64,000 bases of DNA from Clostridiales bacterium UBA1770 (GCA_002315325.1 DCGU01000080.1:19684-83683), one strand, 5' to 3'; numbered from the stretch's first letter, positions 1-8,837 are shown. A program made the numbers and translations. The notes: generated by a model from the letters alone, not told the origin.

Positions 1-971
1 ACGGTACTGTCGGTATTACCGAATGCACCGATGAAATCACCGCCAAAGTCCGTACCGCCCCAAATGTCGGTGCCGAAGAAGCCGCCGACGTAAATGAGTG
101 CCAGTACGCAAATGACAATCAGGGCAACAATCGGAACGATCATATCAAAGACACGTGCGTTGGTTTCCACAGGTGCGTCTTCGCCTTTTGCGGCAATGGC
201 ACCGAGATCACCGTTCTGCGCTTTGATTTCGCAGCCGGCCATCTTACCGTAGTCAAAGCCCATAAAGGACAATGCAACCAGGAAGACCAGCGTGAGCAGG
301 GAGTAGAAGTTAAAGGGAATGGCGCGAACGAACAGGGCAAGACCCGTCATACCGGCGGTCTCGGGGTCGACGTTGGAAGAAACGGCTGCTGCCCAGGAAG
401 AAATGGGGGCAATCATGCACACCGGTGCGGCCGTAGCGTCGATGATATACGCCAGCTTTGTACGTGAAATCTTTTTGGAGTCTGTCACGGGCGTCATAAC
501 GGCACCGACGGTCAGACAGTTGAAATAGTCGTCGATGAAGATGAGCATGCCCAGGAAAATGGTGGCCAGCAGGGCGCCGACCTTGGTGTGAATGTGGGTT
601 TCAGCCCAGTGACCGAAGGTGCGGGCGGCACCGGCACGGTTGACCAGGGCCACGATGATACCGAGTTCAACCAGGAAAATGAAGACACCGGCGTTGCCTT
701 CCACGGCACCGATCAGACCGTCGGACACCAGGGTGTTGACGGTGCCGGTGAAGCTGAAGTTACTAGCCAGCATGGCGCCGGACAGCACACCGATAAACAG
801 GGAACTGTACACTTCTTTAGTAATCAGTGCCAAAGCAATGGCAATGAACGGGGGAACCAGGGACCAAAACGTACCGCTGACGTCGCCGTTTCCGGTTACA
901 CCGGCAACAACCATCAGGGCAATGATGACGACTGCAGCAATCGCCAACGTGATTTTTTGCGATTTCGACAT
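1..971 (-). CDS. NhaC-family (Na+/H+ antiporter-like) polytopic transporter, C-terminal part off-window; candidate lysine transporter (LysW-like)
   Basis: Absent from the ORF track because it runs off the left edge. The reverse strand opens with ATG (complement of 969-971) 9 nt after a GGAGAG SD. Translation MSKSQKITLAIAAVVIIALMVV...WSLVPPFIAIALALITKEVYSSLFIGVL...FIDDYFNCLTVGAVMTPVTDSKKISRTKLAYIIDATAAPVCMIAPISSWAA is hydrophobic and multi-TM, with the typical NhaC-family signature. It sits behind an L-box riboswitch. Confidence 0.8.
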   Translation of the reverse strand, partial: MSKSQKITLAIAAVVIIALMVVAGVTGNGDVSGTFWSLVPPFIAIALALITKEVYSSLFIGVLSGAMLASNFSFTGTVNTLVSDGLIGAVEGNAGVFIFLVELGIIVALVNRAGAARTFGHWAETHIHTKVGALLATIFLGMLIFIDDYFNCLTVGAVMTPVTDSKKISRTKLAYIIDATAAPVCMIAPISSWAAAVSSNVDPETAGMTGLALFVRAIPFNFYSLLTLVFLVALSFMGFDYGKMAGCEIKAQNGDLGAIAAKGEDAPVETNARVFDMIVPIVALIVICVLALIYVGGFFGTDIWGGTDFGGDFIGAFGNTDST

Positions 972-999
972 GAAATTGCTCTCCTTTATATTTTCTTTT

Positions 1000-1044
1000 C
1001 AAAAGAAAAAACGCACCGTGAACAGATGAACAGATCACAGTGCG
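1000..1044 (-). terminator. Intrinsic terminator, probable expression platform of the lysine riboswitch
   Basis: The reverse strand reads CGCACUGUGA-13 nt loop-UCACGGUGCG (10 bp, one G-U) followed by UUUUUUCUUUU. It lies between the aptamer and the SD/ATG of the transporter. Confidence 0.6.
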
Positions 1045-1070
1045 ACGAAAAACAAGAAAACTTGTTCGGC

Positions 1071-1245
1071 TCAACACGCGATAGCTCTCCACCAAAAAGG
1101 TGACAGTCTGCAGCATATTGTGCTGCACCCCAACCGGACCCGGCGGAAAAACCGAGTGCGGTTTCGGCGGCCGTCCCTTTCCACCCCGCCGGTTTTCCCC
1201 GTTGCGGCAGTGTACTGATGGCGCCCGCGCCTCTACCAAAATGCG
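1071..1245 (-). promoter_or_regulatory. Lysine riboswitch (L-box / LYS element) aptamer
   Basis: The reverse strand reads UUGGUAGAGGCGCGGGCGCCAUCAGUACACUGCC..GGGGAAAACCGGCGGGGUGGAAAGGGACGGCCGCCGAAAC..GCAGACUGUCACCUUUUUGGUGGAGAGCUAUCGCG. The L-box hallmarks AGAGGCGC, AGUA, GAAAGGG, GCCGAA, ACUGUCA and GUGGAGAGC occur in canonical order, as in the B. subtilis lysC and T. maritima L-boxes. Confidence 0.85.
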
Positions 1246-1266
1246 TTTTTAATTTTGACAAATTTT

Positions 1267-1294
1267 ATTATAGCACTATTTATATGACTGTCAA
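1267..1294 (-). promoter_or_regulatory. Sigma-70-type promoter for the riboswitch-transporter transcript
   Basis: The reverse strand has TTGACA (1289-1294), a 16-nt spacer and TATAAT (1267-1272). It lies about 20 nt upstream of the aptamer 5' end. Confidence 0.6.
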
Positions 1295-1333
1295 GAGTTT
1301 TTTGTTTATTTTGTGAAAAAAGCCGCCATTTGA

Positions 1334-1362
1334 TTGACAATTACCCCATCGGGTGCTATACT
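1334..1362 (+). promoter_or_regulatory. Sigma-70-type promoter, divergent from the riboswitch promoter; presumed htpG leader promoter
   Basis: TTGACA (1334-1339), a 17-nt spacer and TATACT (1357-1362). This implies a leader of about 335 nt before the htpG ATG. Confidence 0.55.
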
Positions 1363-1368
1363 TTTACC

Positions 1369-1417
1369 GGTGATAATAAATAGGAAAGAATTCCTGTTTG
1401 CGGTCATCACCTTTTTA
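1369..1417 (+). terminator. Promoter-proximal hairpin plus U-tract (possible attenuator or short-transcript terminator)
   Basis: GGUGAU(1369-1374)...AUCACC(1406-1411) encloses AGGAA/UUCCU and is followed by UUUUU. The stem is weak (6+5 bp with internal loops). Confidence 0.3.
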
Positions 1418-1442
1418 TTATTATGTGCAAAAAAAGAGGTTC

Positions 1443-1663
1443 TAGCGTGAAATATCTTACAGTGAAATCAAACACTCGCTGTTCACGCACTTCAACAACG
1501 CTTGCCGACTGAACGTCGGCTCCGCCTGCAGGCGGTCGCGTTTGTTGCAAAATCAGCAAAAAAACATTAGCGTGAAATATCTTACAGCTGAGTCGGACAC
1601 TCGCTGTTCACGCAACATAAAACGCTTCCCGGTCATGGCTGTCGCCAAGCCCGACGCGTTTTT
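1443..1663 (+). repeat. Tandem duplication (125-nt period) of a two-stem structured module in the htpG leader
   Basis: TAGCGTGAAATATCTTACAG occurs at 1443-1462 and 1568-1587 (20/20). ACACTCGCTGTTCACGCA follows in both copies (18/18). Each copy forms P1 GCGTGAA/TTCACGC and P2 AACGC...GCGTT with variable inner hairpins. Confidence 0.7.
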
Positions 1664-1703
1664 ATGCAAAAGTTGAGCCGCCAAAGGCGGCACGGTGATT
1701 ATT

Positions 1704-3596
1704 ATGGCAAAAAAACAGTTCAAAACAGAATCCAAAAAATTGCTCGACATGATGGTTAACTCCATCTACACGCATAAGGAAATCTTTTTGCGCGAGCTCA
1801 TTTCCAACGCCAGCGACGCCATCGATAAATTGTATTTTCGTTCCCTGACCGATGCCGGCGTAACGACGGCCCGGGATGATTACGAAATCCGCATTACAGC
1901 CGATAAAAATGCCCGCCGTCTTATCATCCGCGATAACGGCTGCGGTATGACGCAGAACGACCTGGAAAATAACCTGGGTACCATTGCCAAGAGCGGCTCC
2001 TTCGATTTTAAGCAGAATGAAAAGGGAGAGGGCACCGAAAAGATTGACATCATCGGTCAGTTCGGCGTCGGTTTCTATTCCGCTTTCATGATTGCCGATA
2101 CCATTACCGTAAACAGTTTGGCATATGGTGAAACGCAGGCCTACCGCTGGGAATCCTCCGGTGCGGACGGTTATTCCGTCTCCCCCTGCGATAAAAACGA
2201 CGTCGGTACCGAGGTGATTCTCGATTTGAAGCCCGATACCGAGGACGAAAAGTACAGTGATTATCTGGAAGAGTATCGTCTGCGCGAATTGGTGAAGAAA
2301 TACAGCGATTATATCCGCTACCCGATTCGTATGCTGACCGAGAGCCAAAAGCTGAAAGAGGGCAGCAAGGACGAATACGAAACCGTCACCGAGGATCAGA
2401 CGCTCAACAGCATGGTGCCGATTTGGAAAAAGCCCGAGAGCGACGTCACCGACGACGATTACGCACAGTTCTACCGCGATAAGTTCTACGATTTCGAGGC
2501 ACCGCTCAAGGTGATTCGTCAGAAGACCGAGGGCGTTTCCAACTTTGAGTCCCTGTTGTTCATTCCTTCCCACACCCCGTTCGATTTCTACAGCCGCGAC
2601 TACGAAAAGGGTCTGCAGCTGTACTCCAGCGGCGTGCTGATTATGGAAAAGTGCAAGGAACTCCTGCCCGATTATTTCAGCTTCGTTAAGGGCCTGGTTG
2701 ACAGCGCCGACCTGTCGCTCAACGTCTCCCGTGAGACGCTGCAGCAGGACAGACAGCTCAAGAGTATTGCCAAGGCCGTGGAAAAGAAGATTGCTTCGGA
2801 ACTGGCTAAAATGCTGGAAAACGACCGTGAAAAGTACGAGCAGTTCTATACGGCGTTCGGTACCCAGCTCAAATGGGGCCTGTACAACGATTACGGTATG
2901 CACAAGGATATCCTGCAGGATTTGATCCTGTTCAAGTCCTCCTTCGAGGGCAACTACGTGACCTTAAAGGAATACGTCTCTCGTATGAAAGAGGGACAGG
3001 ATAAGATTTACTATGCAACGGGCGACACCGTGGATAAGATTGCCCTTTTGCCGCAGGCAGAGGCCGTTATCGATCACGGTTTCGAACTGTTGTACCTCAC
3101 GGCCGACGTCGACGAGTTTGCCCTGCAGATGCTGCGCAAGTACGATGAAAAGGACTTCTCCAACGTTTGCAAGGACGACCTGAAACTGTCCACCGACGAA
3201 GAGGCCGAGGCGCTCAAAAAGGAAAACGAGGACAATAAGTCCCTGTTCGACGTCATGCGCGAGGCCATCGGCGGCGACCTGGCATCCGTTCGCTTTACCG
3301 ATACGCTGAAAAATCACCCCGTTTGCCTGTCCTCCGAGGGCGCACTGTCCATCGGTATGGAAAAGACGCTGAACAAGATGCCCGGTAACGAGGAGAACAA
3401 AGTCAAGGCCGAATTGGTGCTGGAAATCAACCGTTCTCACGCCATCGCCGAAAAGCTCAAGGCACTGTACGAGAGCGACCAAGAGAAACTCAAGACCTAC
3501 GCCAAGGTTCTGTACGCCAACGCACGCCTTATCAGCGGTATGACGCTGGAGAACCCGTCGGAAATTTCCGACCTGGTCTGCGGCCTGATGCTGTAA
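1704..3596 (+). CDS. htpG: Molecular chaperone HtpG (Hsp90 family)
   Basis: MAKKQFKTESKKLLDMMVNSIYTHKEIFLRELISNASDAIDKL is the canonical Hsp90 N-terminal ATPase signature, and the length is about 630 aa. The ATG at 1704 is preferred over the in-frame GTG at 1695. Confidence 0.95.
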   Translation: MAKKQFKTESKKLLDMMVNSIYTHKEIFLRELISNASDAIDKLYFRSLTDAGVTTARDDYEIRITADKNARRLIIRDNGCGMTQNDLENNLGTIAKSGSFDFKQNEKGEGTEKIDIIGQFGVGFYSAFMIADTITVNSLAYGETQAYRWESSGADGYSVSPCDKNDVGTEVILDLKPDTEDEKYSDYLEEYRLRELVKKYSDYIRYPIRMLTESQKLKEGSKDEYETVTEDQTLNSMVPIWKKPESDVTDDDYAQFYRDKFYDFEAPLKVIRQKTEGVSNFESLLFIPSHTPFDFYSRDYEKGLQLYSSGVLIMEKCKELLPDYFSFVKGLVDSADLSLNVSRETLQQDRQLKSIAKAVEKKIASELAKMLENDREKYEQFYTAFGTQLKWGLYNDYGMHKDILQDLILFKSSFEGNYVTLKEYVSRMKEGQDKIYYATGDTVDKIALLPQAEAVIDHGFELLYLTADVDEFALQMLRKYDEKDFSNVCKDDLKLSTDEEAEALKKENEDNKSLFDVMREAIGGDLASVRFTDTLKNHPVCLSSEGALSIGMEKTLNKMPGNEENKVKAELVLEINRSHAIAEKLKALYESDQEKLKTYAKVLYANARLISGMTLENPSEISDLVCGLML

Positions 3597-3633
3597 TGCC
3601 GTAAAACTGAAATACAGTATCTGCAAAATAATA

Positions 3634-3676
3634 AAAAGGGAATCGCAATAATCGTTGCGGTTCCCTTTACTTATTT
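3634..3676 (+). terminator. Intrinsic terminator after htpG
   Basis: AGGGAAUCGCAA-UAAUCG-UUGCGGUUCCCU (12 bp, one G-U) at 3637-3666, followed by a U-rich tail. Confidence 0.7.
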
Positions 3677-3721
3677 CTAAAATCGTGTATAATAGAAACG
3701 ATAAAAAGTGAGGATAGTTAA

Positions 3722-4399
3722 ATGGCAAAAATGCAAACGGTTCATAAAACCAAAGAAGAGACGGCTGCTATCGTTGCGGCATTGACGGCGATCTATCCCG
3801 ACCCGACCTGCGCGCTGGAATACCACGGCGACGCTTGGAAACTCATGGTAATGGGACGGTTGTCAGCGCAATGTACCGATGCTCGCGTCAATATCGTCTG
3901 CCGCGACCTTTTTGCCAAATACCCCACGGCGCGTGATTTGGCCGATGCGGAAGTCCCCGACGTGGAGGCAATCATCCGCTCCTGCGGGCTGTACCACGGC
4001 AAGGCAGTGCAAATCGTTGCCGAATGTAAAATGCTGTGCGACGAGTATGGCGGGGTGCTGCCGGACACGATGGAGGAACTGCTCAAGTTTCCCGGTGTCG
4101 GCCGCAAAATTGCCAACCTGCTGCTGGGGGATATCTATCACCTGCCGGCCGTAGTGACGGATACCCATTGTATTCGTATCTGCGGGCGTCTGGGTTTTTA
4201 TCCCGAAACGCTGAAGGACCCCGTGCGTGTGGAAAAGATTTTGGTACCGCTGATTGAGCCGCGCGAACAGAGTGATTTCTGCCACCGTTTGGTGTGGTTC
4301 GGTCGTGAAACCTGTACGGCACCGACGCCGCATTGCAATGGGTGCCCCCTGCAGGCACATTGCGCGCATTTTCAAAATAAAGGAAAAGAAACCAAATAA
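3722..4399 (+). CDS. nth: Endonuclease III (HhH-GPD DNA glycosylase/AP lyase with a C-terminal 4Fe-4S Cys cluster)
   Basis: HhH motif LLKFPGVGRKIANLLLGD and C-terminal CTAPTPHCNGCPLQAHC. Confidence 0.9.
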   Translation: MAKMQTVHKTKEETAAIVAALTAIYPDPTCALEYHGDAWKLMVMGRLSAQCTDARVNIVCRDLFAKYPTARDLADAEVPDVEAIIRSCGLYHGKAVQIVAECKMLCDEYGGVLPDTMEELLKFPGVGRKIANLLLGDIYHLPAVVTDTHCIRICGRLGFYPETLKDPVRVEKILVPLIEPREQSDFCHRLVWFGRETCTAPTPHCNGCPLQAHCAHFQNKGKETK

Positions 4400-4401
4400 A
4401 T

Positions 4402-5259
4402 ATGGAAGATAATCTAAACTTGCAAACGAGTCCTCACCGCATCATCGTTGCCTCCGATATCCACGACGGTCATATTGATTGGTACGGTGTGCCGACGCAT
4501 GAGCGCATGGCGCGCTTTGTTGCCGATATGCAGGCGGAATACGAACGGGCACCTTACGATATGATTTTGTTTTTGGGGGACTATTCGTTGGACCATTGGG
4601 CGTATGACCGCGGCGGCAGCTGGCTCAACGACGGCGTGAGCCGTACGGCGGCGTTTATGCATGACGTGGCGGCCAAACTGCCCGCGCCCTATTATATGAT
4701 TCCCGGTAATCACGAACAATACGGGGACGCCAAGTGGCTGGAAATCACCGGTTTTCACCGTCAATTCTCCGTTGTGTGGCAGGGCATACTTTTCCTGATG
4801 CTCGACACGTTTGGCGGCAATTTGGACCCGACCGCGCATTCAGACGGTACGTATACCGGTATGGATTGCACCTTTGCCCGCGCAGAAATGGCCAAATATC
4901 CCGATTTGCCCGTGGTATTGTGTTCCCACTTTTTCAATTTTCATATGGAGCCCCGTTCGGAAGAACAGGCTGTTTACAATGATCCCCGCGTGATTTTATT
5001 GCTGGCTGGCCATATTCATCGCTCGGATATTTTGGTGACGCCGCAGGCCGGTGGACGAAAGCCCATGCTGTGGACAGGCAATTATTCCTATTCGGCCATG
5101 AAACCGGAAATAGACAGTATGTGGGGATACCGTGACGTTTGGGTCGATGATAATCGGCTGATTTCCAACTATATTGTGTCGGAAAATGACGTGACGATGG
5201 ATGGTGCCCCCGTGCATATCCCGCACGCGATTCGCGACACAATCCGTATCATGAAATAA
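4402..5259 (+). CDS. Calcineurin-like metallophosphoesterase
   Basis: Motifs IIVASDIHDGH, LGDYS, GNHE and AGHIHR occur in the canonical order. Confidence 0.75.
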   Translation: MEDNLNLQTSPHRIIVASDIHDGHIDWYGVPTHERMARFVADMQAEYERAPYDMILFLGDYSLDHWAYDRGGSWLNDGVSRTAAFMHDVAAKLPAPYYMIPGNHEQYGDAKWLEITGFHRQFSVVWQGILFLMLDTFGGNLDPTAHSDGTYTGMDCTFARAEMAKYPDLPVVLCSHFFNFHMEPRSEEQAVYNDPRVILLLAGHIHRSDILVTPQAGGRKPMLWTGNYSYSAMKPEIDSMWGYRDVWVDDNRLISNYIVSENDVTMDGAPVHIPHAIRDTIRIMK

Positions 5260-5281
5260 GTTATAACAGGAGAATCATACA

Positions 5282-6052
5282 ATGGCAATTTTGTTAAAGG
5301 CGTGTTCGTTCAACGTGCGTTGCGAATGCGACAAAACGCCCAACAGTTTCCCCGAGCGCGCACCGCTGATGCTTGACCTGATTGCACAGGAAAATCCCGA
5401 CGTTATCGGCTTTCAGGAAGTCTCCAACGGGATACAGGATTATTTCAGACAGCATCTGACAGATACGTATTTGTTGGCCGGCTGCGGACGCAACGCCGAT
5501 TTGCGTGGGGAAGCCATGCTGGTTGCCTATAAAAAGGACGTATTCGAGTGTGAGGAGGTGCGCAACTTTTGGTTGTCTGCCACGCCCGACGTGCCCGGCT
5601 CCAATTTCGGCGGTGACCAAAGCAGCTGCCCCCGTATGGCGACGGCCGTACGGTTGAAGCATCACGACAGTGCGCAGGACTTTTGGTTTGTGAATACGCA
5701 TCTTGACCATAAGGGAGAACAGGCGCGCCTGTTCGGTGCCATGGAACTGCTGCAGTTTATATCGTCGTTGAAAAAACCGTACGTGCTCACGGGCGACATG
5801 AACGCCTTTCCCGATGCACCGGAAATCAAACTGCTGACCGATTTCGGCAGCGGCGACACCGATGCCACAACTTTGCTGGACGGTACCTTCCACAATTACG
5901 GCCGCTTGGAACGTCCTGTCAAAATCGACTACGTCTTTACGGATTTGCCGCACGATAAACGGCAGTCCTATATGGTGCCTGCCGCTCCCAATGAAAACGG
6001 CACGTATCCCTCCGATCATTGTCCCATATTTGCGTACGTTACGCTGCAATAA
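5282..6052 (+). CDS. Endonuclease/exonuclease/phosphatase (EEP) family protein
   Basis: SFNVR..., GFQEV, NTHLDH, GDMNA and SDHCPI match the EEP catalytic motifs. Confidence 0.8.
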   Translation: MAILLKACSFNVRCECDKTPNSFPERAPLMLDLIAQENPDVIGFQEVSNGIQDYFRQHLTDTYLLAGCGRNADLRGEAMLVAYKKDVFECEEVRNFWLSATPDVPGSNFGGDQSSCPRMATAVRLKHHDSAQDFWFVNTHLDHKGEQARLFGAMELLQFISSLKKPYVLTGDMNAFPDAPEIKLLTDFGSGDTDATTLLDGTFHNYGRLERPVKIDYVFTDLPHDKRQSYMVPAAPNENGTYPSDHCPIFAYVTLQ

Positions 6053-6072
6053 AAATAAATGAGGTGAACAAA

Positions 6073-7143
6073 ATGGAAAAGAAACTTCGTGTCGGATTTG
6101 TCGGCACCGGCGGTATGGGTTCCAACCACGTCCGCATTCATTCCGAAAATCCGCTGTCCCAAATCGTCGCTATGTGTGACCTGATTCCCGAGCGCTGCGA
6201 AAACGCCAAAAAGCGTTTCAACCTCGACCCGAATATCCCCGTTTACACCGATTTCCGTGAAATGATTGATAAGGAACAGCTGGATGCCGTGGATATTTCC
6301 ACCTCCAATGAGTTCCATTCCATCGTTGCCTGCTACGCGTTTGAACACGGTCTGCACGTTTTCTGCGAAAAGCCGGATGCCATCAACGTGAGCGAAGCCA
6401 TGCGTATGAAGGAAGCCTCCGAAAAGGCCGGTAAGGTACTGATGTGCATGCGCAACAACCGTTACTATTCCAACTCCCAGTATTTGAAGAAATTCATCGA
6501 GGCCGGTAAAGCAGGCGAAATCTACTGCGGCCGCTGCGGTTGGATTCGTCGCCGCGGTATTCCCGGTCGCGGAGGTTGGTTCACCACCAAGGCGCGTTCC
6601 GGCGGCGGTCCCCTGATCGACCTCGGCGTGCATATGATTGACCTTTCCATTTGGCTGATGGGCAACCCCACGCCCGTTGCGGTTTCCGGCTGCACCTATT
6701 CCAAGTTCCATGACACCACGGCACAACAGGGCCATGCGCGTGAGATTGATGCGCGTGAAGTGGGCACCTTTGACGTCGAAGATTTGGCTATGGGTATGAT
6801 TCGCTTTGATAACGGTGCCTGCCTGCAGATTGAATTCAGCTGGGCATCCAATATTGAAAAGGAACAGCGCTTCGTTGAACTGCGTGGTACCAAGGCCGGC
6901 TTTGCTTGGCACGACGACGGCACCGTCGGCATCTTCGGGGAAGACGAGAACGGTGTGCTGTTCGATATGGCACCCAAGTGCGGCCAGATGGGTGACGGTC
7001 ATGCCCGCGCCATCGACCATTTCCTGCACATCGTGCTGGAAGGGGCAAAGCCCGACTACGTGCCCCAGCAGGGCGTCAATATGATCAAGATTTTGAACGC
7101 CATTTACAAATCCGCCGAGACCGGCAAGGAAGTATTGCTTTAA
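6073..7143 (+). CDS. Gfo/Idh/MocA family NAD(P)-dependent oxidoreductase
   Basis: MEKKLRVGFVGTGGMGSNH Rossmann start with an EKP motif (FCEKP). The ATG at 6073 follows a GAGGTG SD. The track start at 6019 overlaps the previous gene. Confidence 0.85.
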   Translation: MEKKLRVGFVGTGGMGSNHVRIHSENPLSQIVAMCDLIPERCENAKKRFNLDPNIPVYTDFREMIDKEQLDAVDISTSNEFHSIVACYAFEHGLHVFCEKPDAINVSEAMRMKEASEKAGKVLMCMRNNRYYSNSQYLKKFIEAGKAGEIYCGRCGWIRRRGIPGRGGWFTTKARSGGGPLIDLGVHMIDLSIWLMGNPTPVAVSGCTYSKFHDTTAQQGHAREIDAREVGTFDVEDLAMGMIRFDNGACLQIEFSWASNIEKEQRFVELRGTKAGFAWHDDGTVGIFGEDENGVLFDMAPKCGQMGDGHARAIDHFLHIVLEGAKPDYVPQQGVNMIKILNAIYKSAETGKEVLL

Positions 7144-7149
7144 AATATA

Positions 7150-7180
7150 AAAGAGGAGAGCCGCAGCTCTCCTCTTTTTA
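7150..7180. terminator. Bidirectional intrinsic terminator between convergent genes
   Basis: AAGAGGAGAGC-CGCA-GCUCUCCUCUU (11 bp), flanked by an A-run and a U-run. Confidence 0.7.
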
Positions 7181-7193
7181 TGTGTGCCATGAT

Positions 7194-7973
7194 TCAATTG
7201 TCGCCGTTTTTCTCTTCGTCATCGTAGGCTTTGATGCCCTGCATGCGGCTGATTTCCCTGTAGCCGTCGATGCCGGCGCGCTGCAGTGCCCCGAAGATGC
7301 GGTAGCGCAAGCCTTTATTATTGCGCTCCAGGTCGGCAAGCAGCTTGTGCATCTCGGCGCGCTCCGTGTTGCCGTTGGCAGGGCAGGCTGACGTGATAAT
7401 CGGCAAATTCACCTTGCCCGCAAAATATTTGACGTCCTTTTCCGGCATATACAACAGGGGCCGGATGACGTAGAGTTCACTGCGGGACAGGTACGTGACG
7501 GGCTGGAAGCAGCCGATGCGTCCCTCGTAAAACAGGTTGAGCATAAAGGTGTCCACCACGTCGTCAAAATGATGTCCCAGCGCCACGCGGTTGCATCCCA
7601 GTTCTTTGGCGGCGTTGTGCAAGGCACCGCGGCGCATCTTGGCGCACAGCGAGCAGGGCGAAGCCTCTTTGCGGGCATTGAAAACGATGTCGTAGATTTG
7701 CGTCGGGAAGACGTGAAAGGACACGCTCAGCTCGTCGCAAAACGCCTGTACGGCAGAGAAGTCGGTGCCGCCCGGGAACCCCATATCGACGGTGACGCCG
7801 ACCACCTCAAAATGCTTGGGATAAAAGCGGCGCAGTTCGGCCAGGGCAGCCAGCAGCGTCAGGGAATCTTTGCCGCCCGAAATGCCGACGGCCACGCGGT
7901 CGCCCTCTTCTATCATATTGTAGTCGTCCACCGCGCGGCGAACGTAACTGAGAACCCGTTTCATTTGTTCCAT
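7194..7973 (-). CDS. ttcA: PP-loop ATPase, tRNA 2-thiocytidine biosynthesis protein TtcA family
   Basis: PP-loop VAVGISGGKDSLTLL plus CSLCAKMRRG and ACPANG Cys motifs. Confidence 0.85.
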   Translation of the reverse strand: MEQMKRVLSYVRRAVDDYNMIEEGDRVAVGISGGKDSLTLLAALAELRRFYPKHFEVVGVTVDMGFPGGTDFSAVQAFCDELSVSFHVFPTQIYDIVFNARKEASPCSLCAKMRRGALHNAAKELGCNRVALGHHFDDVVDTFMLNLFYEGRIGCFQPVTYLSRSELYVIRPLLYMPEKDVKYFAGKVNLPIITSACPANGNTERAEMHKLLADLERNNKGLRYRIFGALQRAGIDGYREISRMQGIKAYDDEEKNGDN

Positions 7974-8025
7974 AGAGGTATTCCTTGTTTTCCGTTATAT
8001 AAAATCAATCAGTAATGCACAAAAA

Positions 8026-8775
8026 TCAATATCCCAGCCGGCACGTATCGTATACGGCCTGTGCGGCAGGGCTTAGGGGACGTCTGCCTTTTTCGTCGGC
8101 GGGTACGTCGTGTAAAAGAAGGGGAGGGGTAACGACAAGGCCCGTGGCACCGCCCTTGACGGCTTCGGTTAAAACCATACAGGGACCGGTTTTTGTATCG
8201 GCGTGCACGAAGGTCATCCGTTTTGGGGACAGGCGTGCGGCCTGCAGGGCTGCCATTAAATCGGCCAGGCGGTCGGGACGCCATACGCAGACGAAACGTC
8301 CCCCTGTTTTCAGGATGCGCGCACCGCAGGCGCAAAAGTCCGCAATGCCCCCGAAAACCTCGTGACGCGCCGTATTTTTGGCGTCACAGTCGTTTGCGGC
8401 ACCGCTGTCCGTTCGCATATAAGGCGGATTGCAAAAGACCGTATTGACTTCGCCCCCGCAGGCGGAAAGGCCCCACGTGCGGACGTCACCCTGTTGTACC
8501 GTCATGCGGTCTTCAAGGTTGTTTTCCGTGACGTTGCGTCCGGCAACGGCGACGAATTCCTCCTGAATTTCCAGGGCAGTAATATGCGCAAATTTATTTT
8601 TGGAGGCGCACAACAGGGAAATAACGCCGGTCCCCGTACCGAGTTCCACGGCGCGTGCACGCGGTGCAGGCCGCAAATAGGCAGCCAGCAGGTATGCGTC
8701 GGTGCCGAACGTCAATCCCTCGGACAGTTGACGCAAAGACAAATCGTTGTTGATGCGGTCGAAACGTTCTTTCAC
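8026..8775 (-). CDS. SAM-dependent methyltransferase, tRNA1(Val) (adenine37-N6)-methyltransferase-like (YabB/YfiC family)
   Basis: AVELGTGTGVISL SAM motif and an NPPY motif (FCNPPYMR). The GTG start at 8775 follows GGAAGGAGGG. The longer track ORF (to 8874) would run through the upstream terminator hairpin. The B. subtilis holB-yaaT-yabA-yabB synteny is echoed here. Confidence 0.75.
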   Translation of the reverse strand: MKERFDRINNDLSLRQLSEGLTFGTDAYLLAAYLRPAPRARAVELGTGTGVISLLCASKNKFAHITALEIQEEFVAVAGRNVTENNLEDRMTVQQGDVRTWGLSACGGEVNTVFCNPPYMRTDSGAANDCDAKNTARHEVFGGIADFCACGARILKTGGRFVCVWRPDRLADLMAALQAARLSPKRMTFVHADTKTGPCMVLTEAVKGGATGLVVTPPLLLHDVPADEKGRRPLSPAAQAVYDTCRLGY

Positions 8776-8837
8776 GTCGGCCCTCCTTCCAAAAGAAAAA
8801 AGTAAAACGCAGTTTGACAATGGATCGGAAAAGAAAA

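Noticed and set aside
1260-1700. CIRCE (HrcA) or CtsR operator upstream of htpG
   Set aside because: There is no TTAGCACTC-N9-GAGTGCTAA match and no GGTCAAA heptad direct repeat. The TTAGCGTGA strings are only superficially CIRCE-like.
1662-2903. Long antisense ORFs opposite real genes (for example 1662-2903, 15287-16879, 17783-19165, 40282-41742, 55724-56809, 61948-62919)
   Set aside because: These are typical shadow ORFs of a GC-rich coding strand. Their products are low-complexity and G/A/V/R-rich, they lack SDs, and each fully overlaps a gene with clear family motifs on the other strand.
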